The notes: generated from the sequence alone by a model not told the origin. DNA of 64,000 bases from Yuukianura sp. NJ FZ-2021 (GCA_046563655.1 CM102285.1:7068001-7132000), one strand, 5' to 3'; numbered from the stretch's first letter, positions 13,150-25,920 are shown. Translations and numbers: made by a program.

Positions 13150-14520
13150 ATACCTCAACCTGCCTCTGGCAGGTGTAAGTTTTTTCAGTTCTGTTATGTT
13201 AAATAAAATATTCCAATATTATTATTATTATTGTTCTCATACCCGCACAATTAGTTTGCACCAAAATAATTTGCGCACGACATTTTTAGTCTTCTGGAGA
13301 CGCATGTGTGCGACGAAGAAGCCGAAGAAGCCTATTGATACGACTTTGTCCGTCTGTCAGTCCGTTTACATTTTTAGTCTTCTGGAGACGCACGTCTACG
13401 ACGTGCTGAAGAAGACTATTGATACGACTTTGTCTGTCTGTCTGTCTGTCTGTCCGTTCGCTTTTTTAGTATCTTTTGCGCTGAAACATTAGCCCTATCG
13501 CAGTCGGGGGGTCATGTATGGCTCAAGTGTTTTCTCTACCTCTACATTGCACTCAAAGTGTTAAGTTAACAACGTCAAAGTATGCGGCTGCTTCGCGTTG
13601 CAGTTTCTTAAGTCCTCAAAATTTCTGTTAGGTCTGCATTGCACTCAAAATATATTTAAACAACGAAGTTTTGATTTTCTCATTTTCTGATATTATGTTT
13701 AGGTACGTTGTTAAGTTAAGACTAATTAGAGGGTAGAAAATCCAGCTTAAATTCGTAACATGCAAACAGTGATTGGCAGGGTTCAAATTTGCTTTTGCAA
13801 CAAATTTTCGTAATTTTGATTATAAACAAGGGATATTCGAGTTTATAACTTATGCACTTAATTTAACACATAACGCATTTATTTGAACCGATTTTGATTT
13901 TGTAGAAGCTATATTCGATCCCTACTCCACAACGTTCAATTTTGTGCATGTTGAACACTTATTGCACAAATGTAAAATTGTACAGTTATTTTGACGCTGG
14001 GTAATGGGCGTTGTTATTTCAAAATTTGTGCACACTGGAGAACAATAATAATTGTTCCGCGAAGCCATTCAATTGTCCACCAAATAATTTTGCTAACAGT
14101 TTGATGCAGAAATGTTGTGAACCAAAATAATTTTCAGGAGAGTGAAAACGGTTCAGGGCTAAAGCTGAACAACATTCTTATGCAAACGGTTTTTTTCACA
14201 TTTTGGTGCAATTGTGCACAAAAAGGCCCCACATCTGCACTGAAAGTTATGAGCAACGTTTCGTTGCATAAATCCCGTGAAAACGGTTTCTTGACGTTTT
14301 TCTTCAACGGGTTTGTGGACAGCTGGTCTAAAAGTCGTATCAATTGCCAACTCCCTCCAGAAGACCTATGCTCAACCCTTGAGCATTGCCCTACCTTGTT
14401 TACATTTTACACTAAAAGATAAGCCGCATTCTGTTCGGGGGGTTATGTATGGCTCAAGAGATTTCAGTAGGTCTAAATTCCACTCAAAGCGTTCAATTAA
14501 CAACGTAGAAGTTGGCGGCT
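12455..14520 (+). repeat. Tandem degenerate copies of a (GTCT)n-containing dispersed repeat (Helentron/HINE-like); includes (ATT)n at ~13105-13147
   Basis: Head ttttag..ctggagacgcatg..cgac..gaagactattgatacgactttgtctgtc recurs at ~12455, 13285, 13372 and 23403; ~12455-13075 resembles ~13372-13960. Confidence 0.6.
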
Positions 14521-15483
14521 ACTTTACGTAACCGCTATAACATGGCTCGCCGAAATTTTTTGGTTTCCATTGCACTTAGGCAAATACGTCAACAATAGTC
14601 AGTGTCATTCAAACGTAAGTCTTAATGTCGTCCACATTCATCGTGTTTGGAGACGAGAGGATGCAAAAGGACTGTTTGATACACCAAATCGAGTGCTCCT
14701 TTGGCATGGAACTAAACGTGAAAATATACCAAACATTCTCAATACTGGATTCATCTTGCCAGCTTCAACTGGACAAATGTTTGGACCAGGGATATATTTT
14801 GCTGATAGAATTACAAAATCGAGTAACTACAGCGATGCACAAAGCACATTTCTGCTTCTTTGTGAGGTGAGAGGAGATAAATTTATGTAATATATGAAAA
14901 GTTAACTATTTATATCATTTCGACGCAACTATACATTTAGGTGGGACTAGGAAAGATATATTCCTGCGCAGAAGCCCACAATGACTGGACAGGCCCTCCG
15001 GAAGGATTTGACAGCGTCAAAGGGAATGGCACGTATGTTCCAGATTGGACTGACAACGGACGATTCATGGGATGCTTGATATCTTATGGAAGAACTGCCA
15101 AATGTACTAAATATCCTTCGCACGCTGTCAATTTCAATGAGTTTATTGTTTTCGATCCGGAGCGTATAGTCATCCGCTTTTTTGTGGAAGTGGAGGTCAC
15201 TTATCTTTCAAATCCTAGACCCCTCGTCCTTGTAACTCCGAAAAGTAACGTTAAAAGTGGTGTGAACCGGCGTCCAAGGTCAGCGGTTCAAGCTAATGGA
15301 CCGAATCTTCCAGTAGCCTCAAATCGTGCTCTACTGAAAACTATCTCTACGCAAGCACAACCGTCAAATTCGGTTCCTTTACCTGCGATTCGTCCGACTA
15401 CTGCAACAACAGCAGCATTACCCGTACAGAAGACAGGAACATCTAGCTCAACTACACCCACTCAAACACACCAACATTCAAGG

Positions 15484-18400
15484 TGAAATGGGTGGATGAA
15501 TGCGGTCAATTTGTCAAGTGCAATTCTTTTGCTGCTACCACAAAAACGACTGTCCAGATTCTGAATTCCTTTGGTACACTTAAGGCTTCTATATTAACGG
15601 ATGTGTCAAGAAATTTGTAGCTTTCTTGCTGGTCCAGGTTGAAAACTGGAGATGATTTTGAGTTGCTTTATTTGTTGCCACTTTCCAAGGAGGAGGACAC
15701 AATTAAGGCAAAAAACTTATACTTAACTCGAGAGAGAAAAGACTTACAACAATAGTAGGATCGAGTGACCACTACTGGCGAGAAAACAATAGGCTCAAGT
15801 GAGCGAGAGAGAAAGAAGCTACTGCAGCGAGTGCTGGAGAGAGACTTAAACTTGAAACTAACTAGGGAGTTGAGGCGATTCCGCCTCCACTCATCTCCTT
15901 GAGAATGGCCACGTCACCTCCGCTGAGGTTGACACTTCGTCCTCTCTCAAGGTGACAAGTGGAGTCGGAAGACCGCTATGAGTACAAGTGTACTCTCTTA
16001 ACCTAAAGTGGAGGTCACACAAAGAGGAAGGGAGATTGGCGGATCTCTACCTGATTCCTCAACATTCTGCCCCCATTGAGCGATGAGCTCAATTACGGGA
16101 TCAAAACCTTATGGAATCGGACGTCCAGTGTCATGGAGATCCACCAACTCAAATGAAAAGATAGCTCTATACCTATAGATAGGCCTATACTAGATAATAA
16201 GGAAATTAAATTTTTGTGCAAATTTTAAATTATACCATATCATAGAACTTAACTCTAAGACTATGCTATATTTAACCTAGAAGATTTTACCATAAATAAA
16301 AGTTTAACGAATTGCACAGACTAAACCCTACCATCGATTTTTGTGAAACTTAGTGGGTAGCTAGCCTTAAGGGTCTAGTATTTGGGAATATTAACGACTT
16401 GCCGTGGCGGTCAAGAAAAGTTATGTTTTTACCCTAACTTAGTCGGTTGGTTGGAGAAGTGGGGCAATCTTCGAGATAGGGCGTTGAAGGGTCCCAGTGG
16501 CTGTCTTCAGGGAGACGACTCGAACTAGACCATCACTGCCGGGGTGAGTTTCTGCTATTCTCGCCATTTTCCACTTGAGAGGAGGAAGTTGGTCATCTCG
16601 GATCAGCACCAAGTCTCCAACCTGCACATTAGCCGTCTGCTTCTTCCATTTGTAGCGCTGCTGCAACGAGGTCAGGTACTCAGCACTCCAACGTCGCCAG
16701 AAATGCTGAAACATCTGAGTGACATGCTGCCATCTCGTCAGCCGGTTGACTCTCTGCTCGGTGACATCCTCCTCAGGAAGTGCGGTGAGTGGCTGTCCAA
16801 TCAGCAGATGACCTGGGGTCAGCACGTTGTGGTCCATTGGATCGTTGGAGAGAGCACACAGCGGTCTGGAGTTGAGAGCGGCCTCGACCTGACACAGCAA
16901 AGTCCAAAATTCTTCAAGGGTGAGGGTGCTTTGTCCAACAACCCGACGAAGGTGGTACTTCGCACTCTTCACTCCAGCTTCCCAGAGACCGCCTTGATGA
17001 GGTGCTCCTGGAGGGATGAAATGCCATCGGATGGTTTTGTCTGCCAAGTAGTGGTGAACTTCGTCCTTCTTTGCGATGTTCAAGAATTCACGAAGTTCCC
17101 GCTCGGCTCCAACGAAGTTTGTTCCATTGTCAGAGTGGATGTCAGTTGGGATTCCACGACGAGAGACAAACCGACGTAGGGCGGCTAAAAAGGCTGGAGT
17201 GGAGAGTTCCGTGACAGGCTCAAGATGAAGTGCCTTGGAGGCGAAACAGACGAAGAGACACAAGTAGGCCTTGAACTGCTTCTTGCCTCTGCCTTTGGTG
17301 ACTTGGATGGTGTAAGGGCCAGCAAAATCCACTCCCACTACTTGAAATCCACGGGATGGGGTGACACGGGCAGAAGGAAGAGATCCCATAAGTTGATTCA
17401 GACGATCAGCTCGGAATCTTTGGCACACCACGCATCTTCGGATGATGGTGCGGATGACATTTCGAGCACGGGGAATCCAGTACTTCCTGCGGAGCTCTGC
17501 CCAAAGTAGTTGAAACCCTGCATGAAGTAAGTCCGAGTGGAGATCCTCGACAATCAGTTTCGTGACGTGATGATGTGCGGGAAGAATGATTTGATGTTTA
17601 GTGGTGTCGCTCAGAGCCGAATGCTGGAGTCTGCCCCCGACTCGTAGTAATCCAGTCTCCTTGTCCACAAATGGATTCAACGCTAAGAGAGTGCTCGAGT
17701 GCGAGATCCCGTTCTGTTGTCCAAGTTGGCTGAGTTCTGAATTGTAGGACTCTCCTTGTGCTTGACGAATTATGATGAGCAGTGCCCCCCGTAATTCTGG
17801 AATGGTGAGTTGTCCGGTCAATCGCTCGTCCTTTGGTTTACTGGAATTCTTGGCGAATCTGAGCACAAAGGCGACAACACGATTGAGAACCTTGAGTTTT
17901 GAGTACCGTGTAGCGATGAGGAATGACATTGAAGGACGTGAGGTCACGAAATGGATTCGCCTTTTCTCCTCGAAGTCCTTGGCTGAGATGTCCTTCTGTG
18001 GAGTCTGGAACAATGCTGTGGTGTGGAGTTTGAGCCACGGTGGTCCTTCCCACCACAGGTCGTGGTTCAGAAGTTCTGCCGCTGTAACCCCACGTGAGGC
18101 ACAGTCGGCTGGATTCAGCGCAGAGGGAACGTATCTCCATGATTCCGTTGGGATGAGCTCTTGGATAATAGCAATCCGGTTGGCGACGAAAGTTTCGAAG
18201 CGTCTGGATTGGCAGCTTATCCAGCGAAGAACAATCTCGGAATCGGTCCAAGTGTGGATCTTGAATTGAGCATCAAGAGTTGTTTTGAGAGCGTTGATCA
18301 GCTTAGATAGGAGCAAGGCGCTGCACAGTTCAAGCCGAGGAATGGAAAGATTCTTGTTTGGAGCCACCTTGGTCTTCGATGCAACAAGGCGGACGACAGT

Positions 18401-21400
18401 ACTACCATCAGCTGCAGTGCTCCGCATGTAGACGACTGCAGCGTAAGCCTTGCTGGAGGCATCGCAGAATCCATGGAATTCAGCATTTGAAGTTTGTGAA
18501 GCAGGAAAGATACATCGTGGAATGGCCACCTTTGTGATGTCCTTGAGTCCATCCAAGTACTGGAACCATTCCTCCAACATTGGTTCTGGAATCTCGTCAT
18601 CCCAGTCGAGCACGAACTCTCCATTGTCGGAAGTTACCGGAAGCCACAGCCGTTGAAAGAATAACTTGACGGTGATGGTCAATGGTGATAAGAAACCGAG
18701 TGGGTCAAATACCCTTGACATCTCTGAGAGGACATGTCGCTTTGTGACCTTGGAGATTGTCTCTGGCAGAAATCCTGTGAAGACGAAGGAGTCTTTAGTG
18801 GCATCCCAGGAAATTCCAAGTACCTTTTGAAGTGATGAGGCTGAGCTTTCAATTGTGCTGTTCCTCTCCCTGAATGTTGTTGGAATGTGTTCCAGAACGG
18901 CATCAGAGTTGGAGTCCCACTTCCGGAGTTCCAGTTTGGCAGACTCAGATAAGGCGGTGAGTTGGTTTTGGACTTCAACAGCTTCTTCTGTGGTGGGGTA
19001 TGAAGATAAGAAGTCATCTACGTAGTAGTTGCTTCGAAGGGCCTTCGCTCCGAGTGGATACTTGGCACCTTCATCTTCTGCCAATTGAAGCAAGCAGCGT
19101 GTTGCAGTGTGAGGTGCAGAGGAAGTCCCATAGGTCACGGTGGTAAGCTCGTACGCTTGAATCGGGAGGCTGGGATCTTCTCGCCACAGGATTCGGAGAA
19201 AACTGCAGTCGTCATCATGGACTCTGAACTGGCGGTACATCTTGGTGATATCCGCCTTCAGTGCAACTGGATGACGTCTGAAGCCCAGAAGAATCTCAAA
19301 CAAGTCTGGCTGCACCTTTGGTCCCACCATCAAAACTGAATTGAAGGAAATTCCATTTGATGTCTGGGCGGAAGCGTCAAAAACAACACGAAGTTTTGTG
19401 GTGGAGCTGTCTTCTTTGATAACGAAATGGTGGGGAATGTAGTTTGTTCTACCTCGAATCTCAAAGTCAGTTGATGGTGGCAGCCTTTTCATGTGACCTA
19501 GGGATTCATACTGCCGCATGAAGTCAACGTACTCTGGCTTCTTCTCTGGAAACTTCTCAAGTCGCCGCTCCAGACTGTAGAGTCGGCGCTCAGCAATTTC
19601 ACGGGAAGCTCCTAGGACCTTGGGATCGGATTTGAACGGAAGCCGAGTGACATACCGTCCATCCTTGTCACGTGAAATCGTAGATGTGAAATGGTCCTCG
19701 GTTCTCCTTTCTTCTTCAGTCCAGTTGACAGCATGTGGAACTTCTTCCAACTCCCAGAACCGCTTCACAATGTCCAGTGTGTCCAAATGTGAGACTTGAT
19801 GAACTCTGACGACATTGACCTGAGCATGTTGTTCTGAGACTGAGCCACCAATGATCCATCCTAGGCGAGTGCTGAGAGCAGAAGGAGTTCCTGGTGGGCC
19901 ATCAACCTTCTTTCCAGTGACCAAAGTGAAGAAGCAGGAGACATCAAGAATCATGTCCACTTCTCCTGGTGTGTTGAAGTTTGGATCAGCTAAGGGAAGT
20001 CTCTTGAGGTGGATCCAAGTTGAAGTGTCCAATGGATGGTCAGGTTGAGGGGTCGTGACCTTTGGCATGATGAGAGCAGCAACAGAGAACTGATAAGCCC
20101 CGTCATGTGAAGTCAAGGAGACTGTTGTCACTCCCTTGCTCTGGCCAACGTAAGTATCTCCAACACCGTAGATATGGGGTTCGTTCCTTGACCGAGGAAG
20201 TCCAAGTCGACGAACACAAGCTTCACTGATTAGATTTCCTTGAGCTCCAGAATCAAGAAAGACACGTACCCAGGAATCAGTTCCATGCTTATTCTTGGCC
20301 TTGACCATGGCAGTGGCCAGCAGAGGTCGAGAAGAAGATAAGCCGCTGATGATGGCCGAGTTGATAGTCGCAGGAGCTGAAGAGGCTTCTGGAAGGAATG
20401 CAGTGCCACCAGGAACAAATGAAGAGGTGATTGGAGGTGGAGCAGTGTTGTATGACGGAGAGCCCTTGGAACCCCTCTGACTGTCATGCAACAGGGAATG
20501 ATGTTTCTTCTGACACTGGCGGCACCGAGATGTCGAATTGCATTCCTTTGTGAAGTGAGCAGGAGAAAGGCATGAGTAGCAGAGACGCTTCTGGGTGACC
20601 AGCTTCTGACGATCAGCAACTGTTTGTTGATTGAAGTCCGGGCATTTGTAAATAGGATGCTTCTCCTTTAAACAGCAAACGCAGTTCTTGGAAGTACTTG
20701 AATTCCCTTCTGCCACATGATGTACACGATGGTGGTTATCAGTGCGACGAGTGTTGCCCTTGGAGATGGATTGAAGGCTGCGGATTCTGACCTCCAAGAA
20801 GTCCGTCAAATCCTTGAACTTTGGCATCTTGTTGTCCGCTGGAAGAACCTTGCCCCATTCCTTTCGAGTCTCCATATCCAGCTTCTCAAGAACGAGATAA
20901 ACGAGAAGGTCGTCCCAATCGTCTACCTTTCTTTTGAGGACCTTGAGTGACCTCAAAGCTTCTGTCACCGTGTCGATAAGGCGCTGGAGAGACGTGGCAC
21001 TGTCAGAGGTGACTGACTTGGCGTCAGCAATCCTTCGAATCAAGGAAAGAACAATTTCGCGAGTATTTTCGTACCGTTTTATGACTTCTTGCCACGCCTC
21101 CTCGAACTGACCCTCAGCTACTGCGTAGTTGCGAATTTGAAGGGCAGCGTCTCCTTTAAGCGATGACTTGAGATACGACATTTTGAAGACACTGCTGAGG
21201 TCATCATTGTTTACAACAATAGCGGAGAACAAGTCACGAAAGCTCACCCAATCCTCATGCTTTCCATCAAATGTCGGCAAATCAACTTTTGGCAGCTTCA
21301 CAGAGGGCGTTTTTGAAGCACCAGTCAATGAAGAGTTCAAAACACTGGTACTTTTCATGGATGCTGGTGGAAGTGAAGCTCTGGCGGCTGCTTCCGCTTT

Positions 21401-22449
21401 GGCAGCGGTGTCTTCCAACAACCCCTTTGCCGTAAACAATGCACGAAAACAAGAAGTAATGAGATCCTGACCTTTACTGATTGTAGAATTGCAATCTGCA
21501 AGTGCAGCGTCGTCTCTGATGACTGACATGGCCAAAAGAAGCTTCTCCTCCCACGATGAGAACTTGATCTTCAGATCCGTGATCAACATTTCTTTAAGGG
21601 GGACATCAACTGCCGTTACCTTTTTCCAGTCCTTGAACTCCTTGTTGTACAAATTCTGGATTTGGTCAAAGGTCGCTTTAAGTCCAAACTGAGCCCACTC
21701 GAACAACACTGGTGGTTCTTGAAGTTGACCTTCAGATGTCCCTGACCCGCTGGTGGATTGCTTGCCTGTTGCCATTTTGGTTTGGCAAACTTTGAGTTGA
21801 TGTCACAACACTTACACACCCTTTGAAGTAGTTTCGGGAGAGTTCCCGGCGTTGGGCGCCAATGAAATGGGTGGATGAATGCGGTCAATTTGTCAAGTGC
21901 AATTCTTTTGCTGCTACCACAAAAACGACTGTCCAGATTCTGAATTCCTTTGGTACACTTAAGGCTTCTATATTAACGGATGTGTCAAGAAATTTGTAGC
22001 TTTCTTGCTGGTCCAGGTTGAAAACTGGAGATGATTTTGAGTTGCTTTATTTGTTGCCACTTTCCAAGGAGGAGGACACAATTAAGGCAAAAAACTTATA
22101 CTTAACTCGAGAGAGAAAAGACTTACAACAATAGTAGGATCGAGTGACCACTACTGGCGAGAAAACAATAGGCTCAAGTGAGCGAGAGAGAAAGAAGCTA
22201 CTGCAGCGAGTGCTGGAGAGAGACTTAAACTTAACTTGAAACTAACTAGGGAGTTGAGGCGATTCCGCCTCCACTCATCGCCCTTGAGAATGGCCACGTC
22301 ACCTCCGGTGAGGTTGACACTTCGTACCCTCTCAAGGTGACAAGTGGAGTCGGAAGACCGCTATGAGTACAAGTGTACTCTCTTAACCTAAAGTGGAGGT
22401 CACACAAAGAGGAAGGGAGATTGGCGGATCTCTACCTGATTCCTCAACA
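15484..22449 (-). mobile_element. Full-length BEL/Pao LTR retrotransposon
   Basis: TG...CA LTRs 15484-16064 and 21863-22449; 5-bp TSD CAAGG; PBS TGGCGCCCAACG (tRNA-Lys-like) at 21861-21850; polypurine tract at ~16065-16075. Confidence 0.97.
16439..21775 (-). CDS. BEL/Pao gag-pol polyprotein, 1778 aa, intact
   Basis: Gag with three Cys/His knuckles, protease FLDSGA, RT (KLRVVFDAS, YVDD), RNase H (HGFCDAS, IPRLEL), integrase (VDFAGP, SDNGTNF, GGLWE). Confidence 0.96.
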   Translation of the reverse strand: MATGKQSTSGSGTSEGQLQEPPVLFEWAQFGLKATFDQIQNLYNKEFKDWKKVTAVDVPLKEMLITDLKIKFSSWEEKLLLAMSVIRDDAALADCNSTISKGQDLITSCFRALFTAKGLLEDTAAKAEAAARASLPPASMKSTSVLNSSLTGASKTPSVKLPKVDLPTFDGKHEDWVSFRDLFSAIVVNNDDLSSVFKMSYLKSSLKGDAALQIRNYAVAEGQFEEAWQEVIKRYENTREIVLSLIRRIADAKSVTSDSATSLQRLIDTVTEALRSLKVLKRKVDDWDDLLVYLVLEKLDMETRKEWGKVLPADNKMPKFKDLTDFLEVRIRSLQSISKGNTRRTDNHHRVHHVAEGNSSTSKNCVCCLKEKHPIYKCPDFNQQTVADRQKLVTQKRLCYSCLSPAHFTKECNSTSRCRQCQKKHHSLLHDSQRGSKGSPSYNTAPPPITSSFVPGGTAFLPEASSAPATINSAIISGLSSSRPLLATAMVKAKNKHGTDSWVRVFLDSGAQGNLISEACVRRLGLPRSRNEPHIYGVGDTYVGQSKGVTTVSLTSHDGAYQFSVAALIMPKVTTPQPDHPLDTSTWIHLKRLPLADPNFNTPGEVDMILDVSCFFTLVTGKKVDGPPGTPSALSTRLGWIIGGSVSEQHAQVNVVRVHQVSHLDTLDIVKRFWELEEVPHAVNWTEEERRTEDHFTSTISRDKDGRYVTRLPFKSDPKVLGASREIAERRLYSLERRLEKFPEKKPEYVDFMRQYESLGHMKRLPPSTDFEIRGRTNYIPHHFVIKEDSSTTKLRVVFDASAQTSNGISFNSVLMVGPKVQPDLFEILLGFRRHPVALKADITKMYRQFRVHDDDCSFLRILWREDPSLPIQAYELTTVTYGTSSAPHTATRCLLQLAEDEGAKYPLGAKALRSNYYVDDFLSSYPTTEEAVEVQNQLTALSESAKLELRKWDSNSDAVLEHIPTTFRERNSTIESSASSLQKVLGISWDATKDSFVFTGFLPETISKVTKRHVLSEMSRVFDPLGFLSPLTITVKLFFQRLWLPVTSDNGEFVLDWDDEIPEPMLEEWFQYLDGLKDITKVAIPRCIFPASQTSNAEFHGFCDASSKAYAAVVYMRSTAADGSTVVRLVASKTKVAPNKNLSIPRLELCSALLLSKLINALKTTLDAQFKIHTWTDSEIVLRWISCQSRRFETFVANRIAIIQELIPTESWRYVPSALNPADCASRGVTAAELLNHDLWWEGPPWLKLHTTALFQTPQKDISAKDFEEKRRIHFVTSRPSMSFLIATRYSKLKVLNRVVAFVLRFAKNSSKPKDERLTGQLTIPELRGALLIIIRQAQGESYNSELSQLGQQNGISHSSTLLALNPFVDKETGLLRVGGRLQHSALSDTTKHQIILPAHHHVTKLIVEDLHSDLLHAGFQLLWAELRRKYWIPRARNVIRTIIRRCVVCQRFRADRLNQLMGSLPSARVTPSRGFQVVGVDFAGPYTIQVTKGRGKKQFKAYLCLFVCFASKALHLEPVTELSTPAFLAALRRFVSRRGIPTDIHSDNGTNFVGAERELREFLNIAKKDEVHHYLADKTIRWHFIPPGAPHQGGLWEAGVKSAKYHLRRVVGQSTLTLEEFWTLLCQVEAALNSRPLCALSNDPMDHNVLTPGHLLIGQPLTALPEEDVTEQRVNRLTRWQHVTQMFQHFWRRWSAEYLTSLQQRYKWKKQTANVQVGDLVLIRDDQLPPLKWKMARIAETHPGSDGLVRVVSLKTATGTLQRPISKIAPLLQPTD

Positions 22450-25365
22450 CAAGGACCAATAGACACAATTCCAAGATTCCGCCTTATTTCTACGTCAGTT
22501 TTCCTAAAGCGGTGAATTCAGTTGGACAACAATCAGGTTCCATTGGACAGAATTCAAAAATTCCGATATATTCCTACACCAGTCCGCCTACATGCGTGAA
22601 TACAGTTGGGCAACGATCAAGTTCCAACGGACATAATTCAAAGATGCCGCCCTATTTCTACGTCAGTTATCCGACAGCCGTGAATCCAATTGGACAACAA
22701 TCCACTTCCGGACAGAGTTCAAAAATACCGCCATATTACTACGTAAGTTCTCCTATAACCGCGACAGCAGTTAGACATTCATCTCAAAATCCAACTGTGT
22801 TTGAAAATTGCAATGCGGCTGAAGCCAACAACAACTCTAGGTCCTATTTTCTTCTGTTTCTGTCTATTGTTGCTCTCACTCTTGTTCTTCGTAATATTTA
22901 GTAAGTAGTACGTTGAAAATGTACACAGTAAAAAAATTTGAGCCAGTTGAGAGAATTGAGTTGCCAATTTTGCACAATACTTAGTTTCCGCACACTGCAA
23001 AGAAAATGTAAAATGTTAAACAAGTGAAAATATTGTAACATCCAATCAAACTAGATATTATTTATGCGCGTCATTAAAATAATGCTGGTTTAACATTATT
23101 ATAAAATTAAACAGGTTAGGTAGTAAAGTTTGACAGGTAGAATAAGGGAAAATTGATTGTATTCTAAATTTCTATTGGAAAGATTATGACTGCGTAGTTA
23201 TCGAGAATTTAATAAAATTAGTGTCTTTGAGAAAGGTAGCGATTTGCATTTGTCGCCTATGTAATTTAATCTTCCCTTTAATGTTGTTTATTTTTATTTA
23301 TTTTTCGCTTTGGGTTCAAGCCTAGGCCTAACGTAACCTAACCTAAGCTATGACCACTTTCACTTTGATCTGGTAGGGTTCATTTTTCAGTTGTGGACAT
23401 CTTAGCTTTCTGGAGACGCATGCCTACGACATGTTGAGGAAGACTACTGATACGACTTTGTCTGTCTGTCTGTCCGTGCGTAAGATTTTTTTAGGACCCT
23501 TAGCACTGAAACATCAGCGCAGTCTCAGTCGGGGAGTAAATTGTGACTTAGCTTTATTTAGATTTAGAAATTTCTTGGTAGTGCTCTTCATTGTATTTTT
23601 GACGGTAATACTACAAATGAGAGGGTGGGCCAACTCCTCAGTGTGAGCGTGTGACTAAAATGCATTTTCTACCGTCGAGTACTTGTCGGCAGTAGTTATT
23701 TAGTTTTATACAAGATATATTGTAAACCAGGCCCCACAATTGTGAGGCCTGGTAATATTTATATTTAAGATACGATGTAGCCTGCGCTAAGACAGAATTT
23801 AAACCCTGTTACCAAAATGGCACCCGCGATACGATTTTGTTAAAAATTCAAAATTTTTGCACCCAGCGGAAAGTTGTGAAATGCAAGTTGATATCGTCGT
23901 CAGATGGATTTCCGTCAAACGGGATCAGAAATTTTTTTCTGATTATTGTTTGTTCAACCATAGTTTGAATTCAGCGTAAATGTTTGGTTCAAAAGGTATG
24001 CAAAGTCCATATGGGTTCCAACCAAGCTGAGAGTTTCATGACAACGCTCGTGATGGTTGCCAACAGCGTGAAAACGTTGATGATGGCAATTGTGTACGCT
24101 CTGGAATCATGTGTCTGTTCGTGTTCACGCATTGAAAGCAACACAAACGAAAAATTCAATATTTGAAGTCCAAATAAAAAGTAAAAATGAAATTTATTCA
24201 GTTTTTGAAAATCGAACAGTGCGATGCTGTTGATTCAGTTTAAATGGAACCAGGCTCAGTCTGAAAAATATCCATTAATCCCAGTACAGCACTTCAAGTT
24301 GCTTGGATTCCAGCGTCGTTTGGTCTAACTTCTAAATTGACTTTCAGCATTCGGAATATTCTGTGGGGCTTGGAACTTTTATCATTGGACATTTAAATCA
24401 TTTTTATTCCGAGATTTTTCACTTCAGTTTCAATTTTAGTTGCCACGCCCACAAAGCGTGAAGTCGGAATTAAGGGTTGGAATCCACCCTTCTCCATGTC
24501 ATTAATACTCTTAGAACTTGAATTCCAATGGAGGAGTTGCAATAAATCATTTATTCGAACGCATCACACCTTCAGTCGAAATATGTTGCGCCGTGTGCAT
24601 CACAATTTGCTTTTTTGACGTTTAATCGAAAATCGATGCATCAAATATTTAGCAAACAACAAACAATTTCTAGTTAACACGTTTCTCTGATATTCGAATA
24701 AAATCCGATATGAGAATTATATCCCTCTATGTGGTGCTCACAATGTTGCTGTACTAAAATTCTGCAACGTTGAAAGTTGGCGAACCCAGCATGTTTTACT
24801 TTTGGAAAAAAATAGATTCGATCGTGTAGCTTCCCCACCTAATCTAAACATTTTCAGTCGTGTTTATAGAATCAGAGTTAAAACTGAAAGCTACACGATC
24901 TGATGAAAATGCTTATGAAAATGCTCCGTGAACCGTGATGATGAACCGTGAAATTACAAGAGTTACAATCTGTTTGTTGTTTTCGGACTTTGAAGATATA
25001 AAACTTCTGTTTTAAAGCTATTTTTGGATTCCAGTGGGATTTTATTGACAGGGAAACAAGAAGCCCCCGTTGCATCTAAGAAAATATATTGTTCATCTTA
25101 AAGTGTTCCCAATTTGGGAACACTTTCAGTTGGCTTCTTATTCCCGTGTCTGTAACGTGTAATTCATGATTTATGTTTATAAATTCCGGCCATCAATTTT
25201 AGTGTAAACAGAAACGGTGTTGGCAGTGTAAAACCAAAAAAAAATAATGTTTTTTTACCATTTAAAAAGTCAGTTTTGGTTCCAAGTTTTGTAGATTTTA
25301 TGGCCCCCATGGCTATTGTTTTGCTTTTGGAGCGTCCTGTCGTGATGTATCAAAAGTCGAACTTT

Positions 25366-25690
25366 ATGGGGGGAGATTTGCTGAAAGACAACAGGATTTT
25401 TTCCGCAACAGGAATACCAAAAAACGGGCAATTCCTGTTGCGGAGAATCCTGTTGCGCCAAATCGTGACAGGCAATTTCTGTTGCGAAAAATCGTGACAG
25501 GCAATTTCTGTTGCGAAAAATCCTGACACTCATTTTCTGTTGCAAAAAATCCTGGTAGGTAATTTCTGTCGCGAAAAATGCTGACGTCTAATTTCTGTTG
25601 CGAAAAATGCCGACAGTTAATTCCTACTGCAAAAAAAAAGCTGAGAGCCAATTCCATGCAGAAAATCCTAATGTGAAAATTTCTAGTGTA
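25366..25690. repeat. Tandem ~29-bp repeat array, probably the interior of a non-autonomous transposon
   Basis: Units like atttctgttgcgaaaaatcgtgacaggca repeated about six times; absent from the duplicate copy. Confidence 0.65.
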
Positions 25691-25920
25691 ATCAGCTGAT
25701 TCCTGGTGAATATTTCTGGTGTAAATCAGCTGATTCCTAATGTGTTTTTACATTACGAATTATTCCCCCAACTGCCCACAGGTGGCGCGATCTGCACAAA
25801 ATTGAAACCGACGTGCGTTATCCTTCTCGTTCTCATCTCACTCGATGTATAGTGTAATGCTAAAAGCATGCACAATTTTGAGTCAAAACGGGTAGCGCTA
25901 CCCTTTTCGTTATCGTTTAA

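Larger units (their letters stand above)
14580..22901 (+). pseudogene. PARP catalytic-domain gene copy 1: 5' part missing, interrupted by the BEL element
   Basis: Exons 14580-14866 (LLWHGT, MFGPGIYFAD) and 14941-15483 (FNEFIVF), resuming in frame at 22455-22901 after removing the element and one TSD; no equivalent of copy 2's first ~80 codons found. Confidence 0.75.

Noticed and set aside
13064..13492. 142-aa ORF with poly-Ile and poly-Tyr
   Set aside because: Translation of (ATT)n microsatellites and a dispersed repeat.
16544..21692. Plus-strand and alternate-frame ORFs inside the BEL element, or an env gene
   Set aside because: Shadows of the gag-pol frame; the ~370 bp between the stop and the 3' LTR is too short for env.
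25430..25630. CRISPR-like array
   Set aside because: Degenerate adjacent tandem units with no unique spacers, eukaryotic context, no cas genes.
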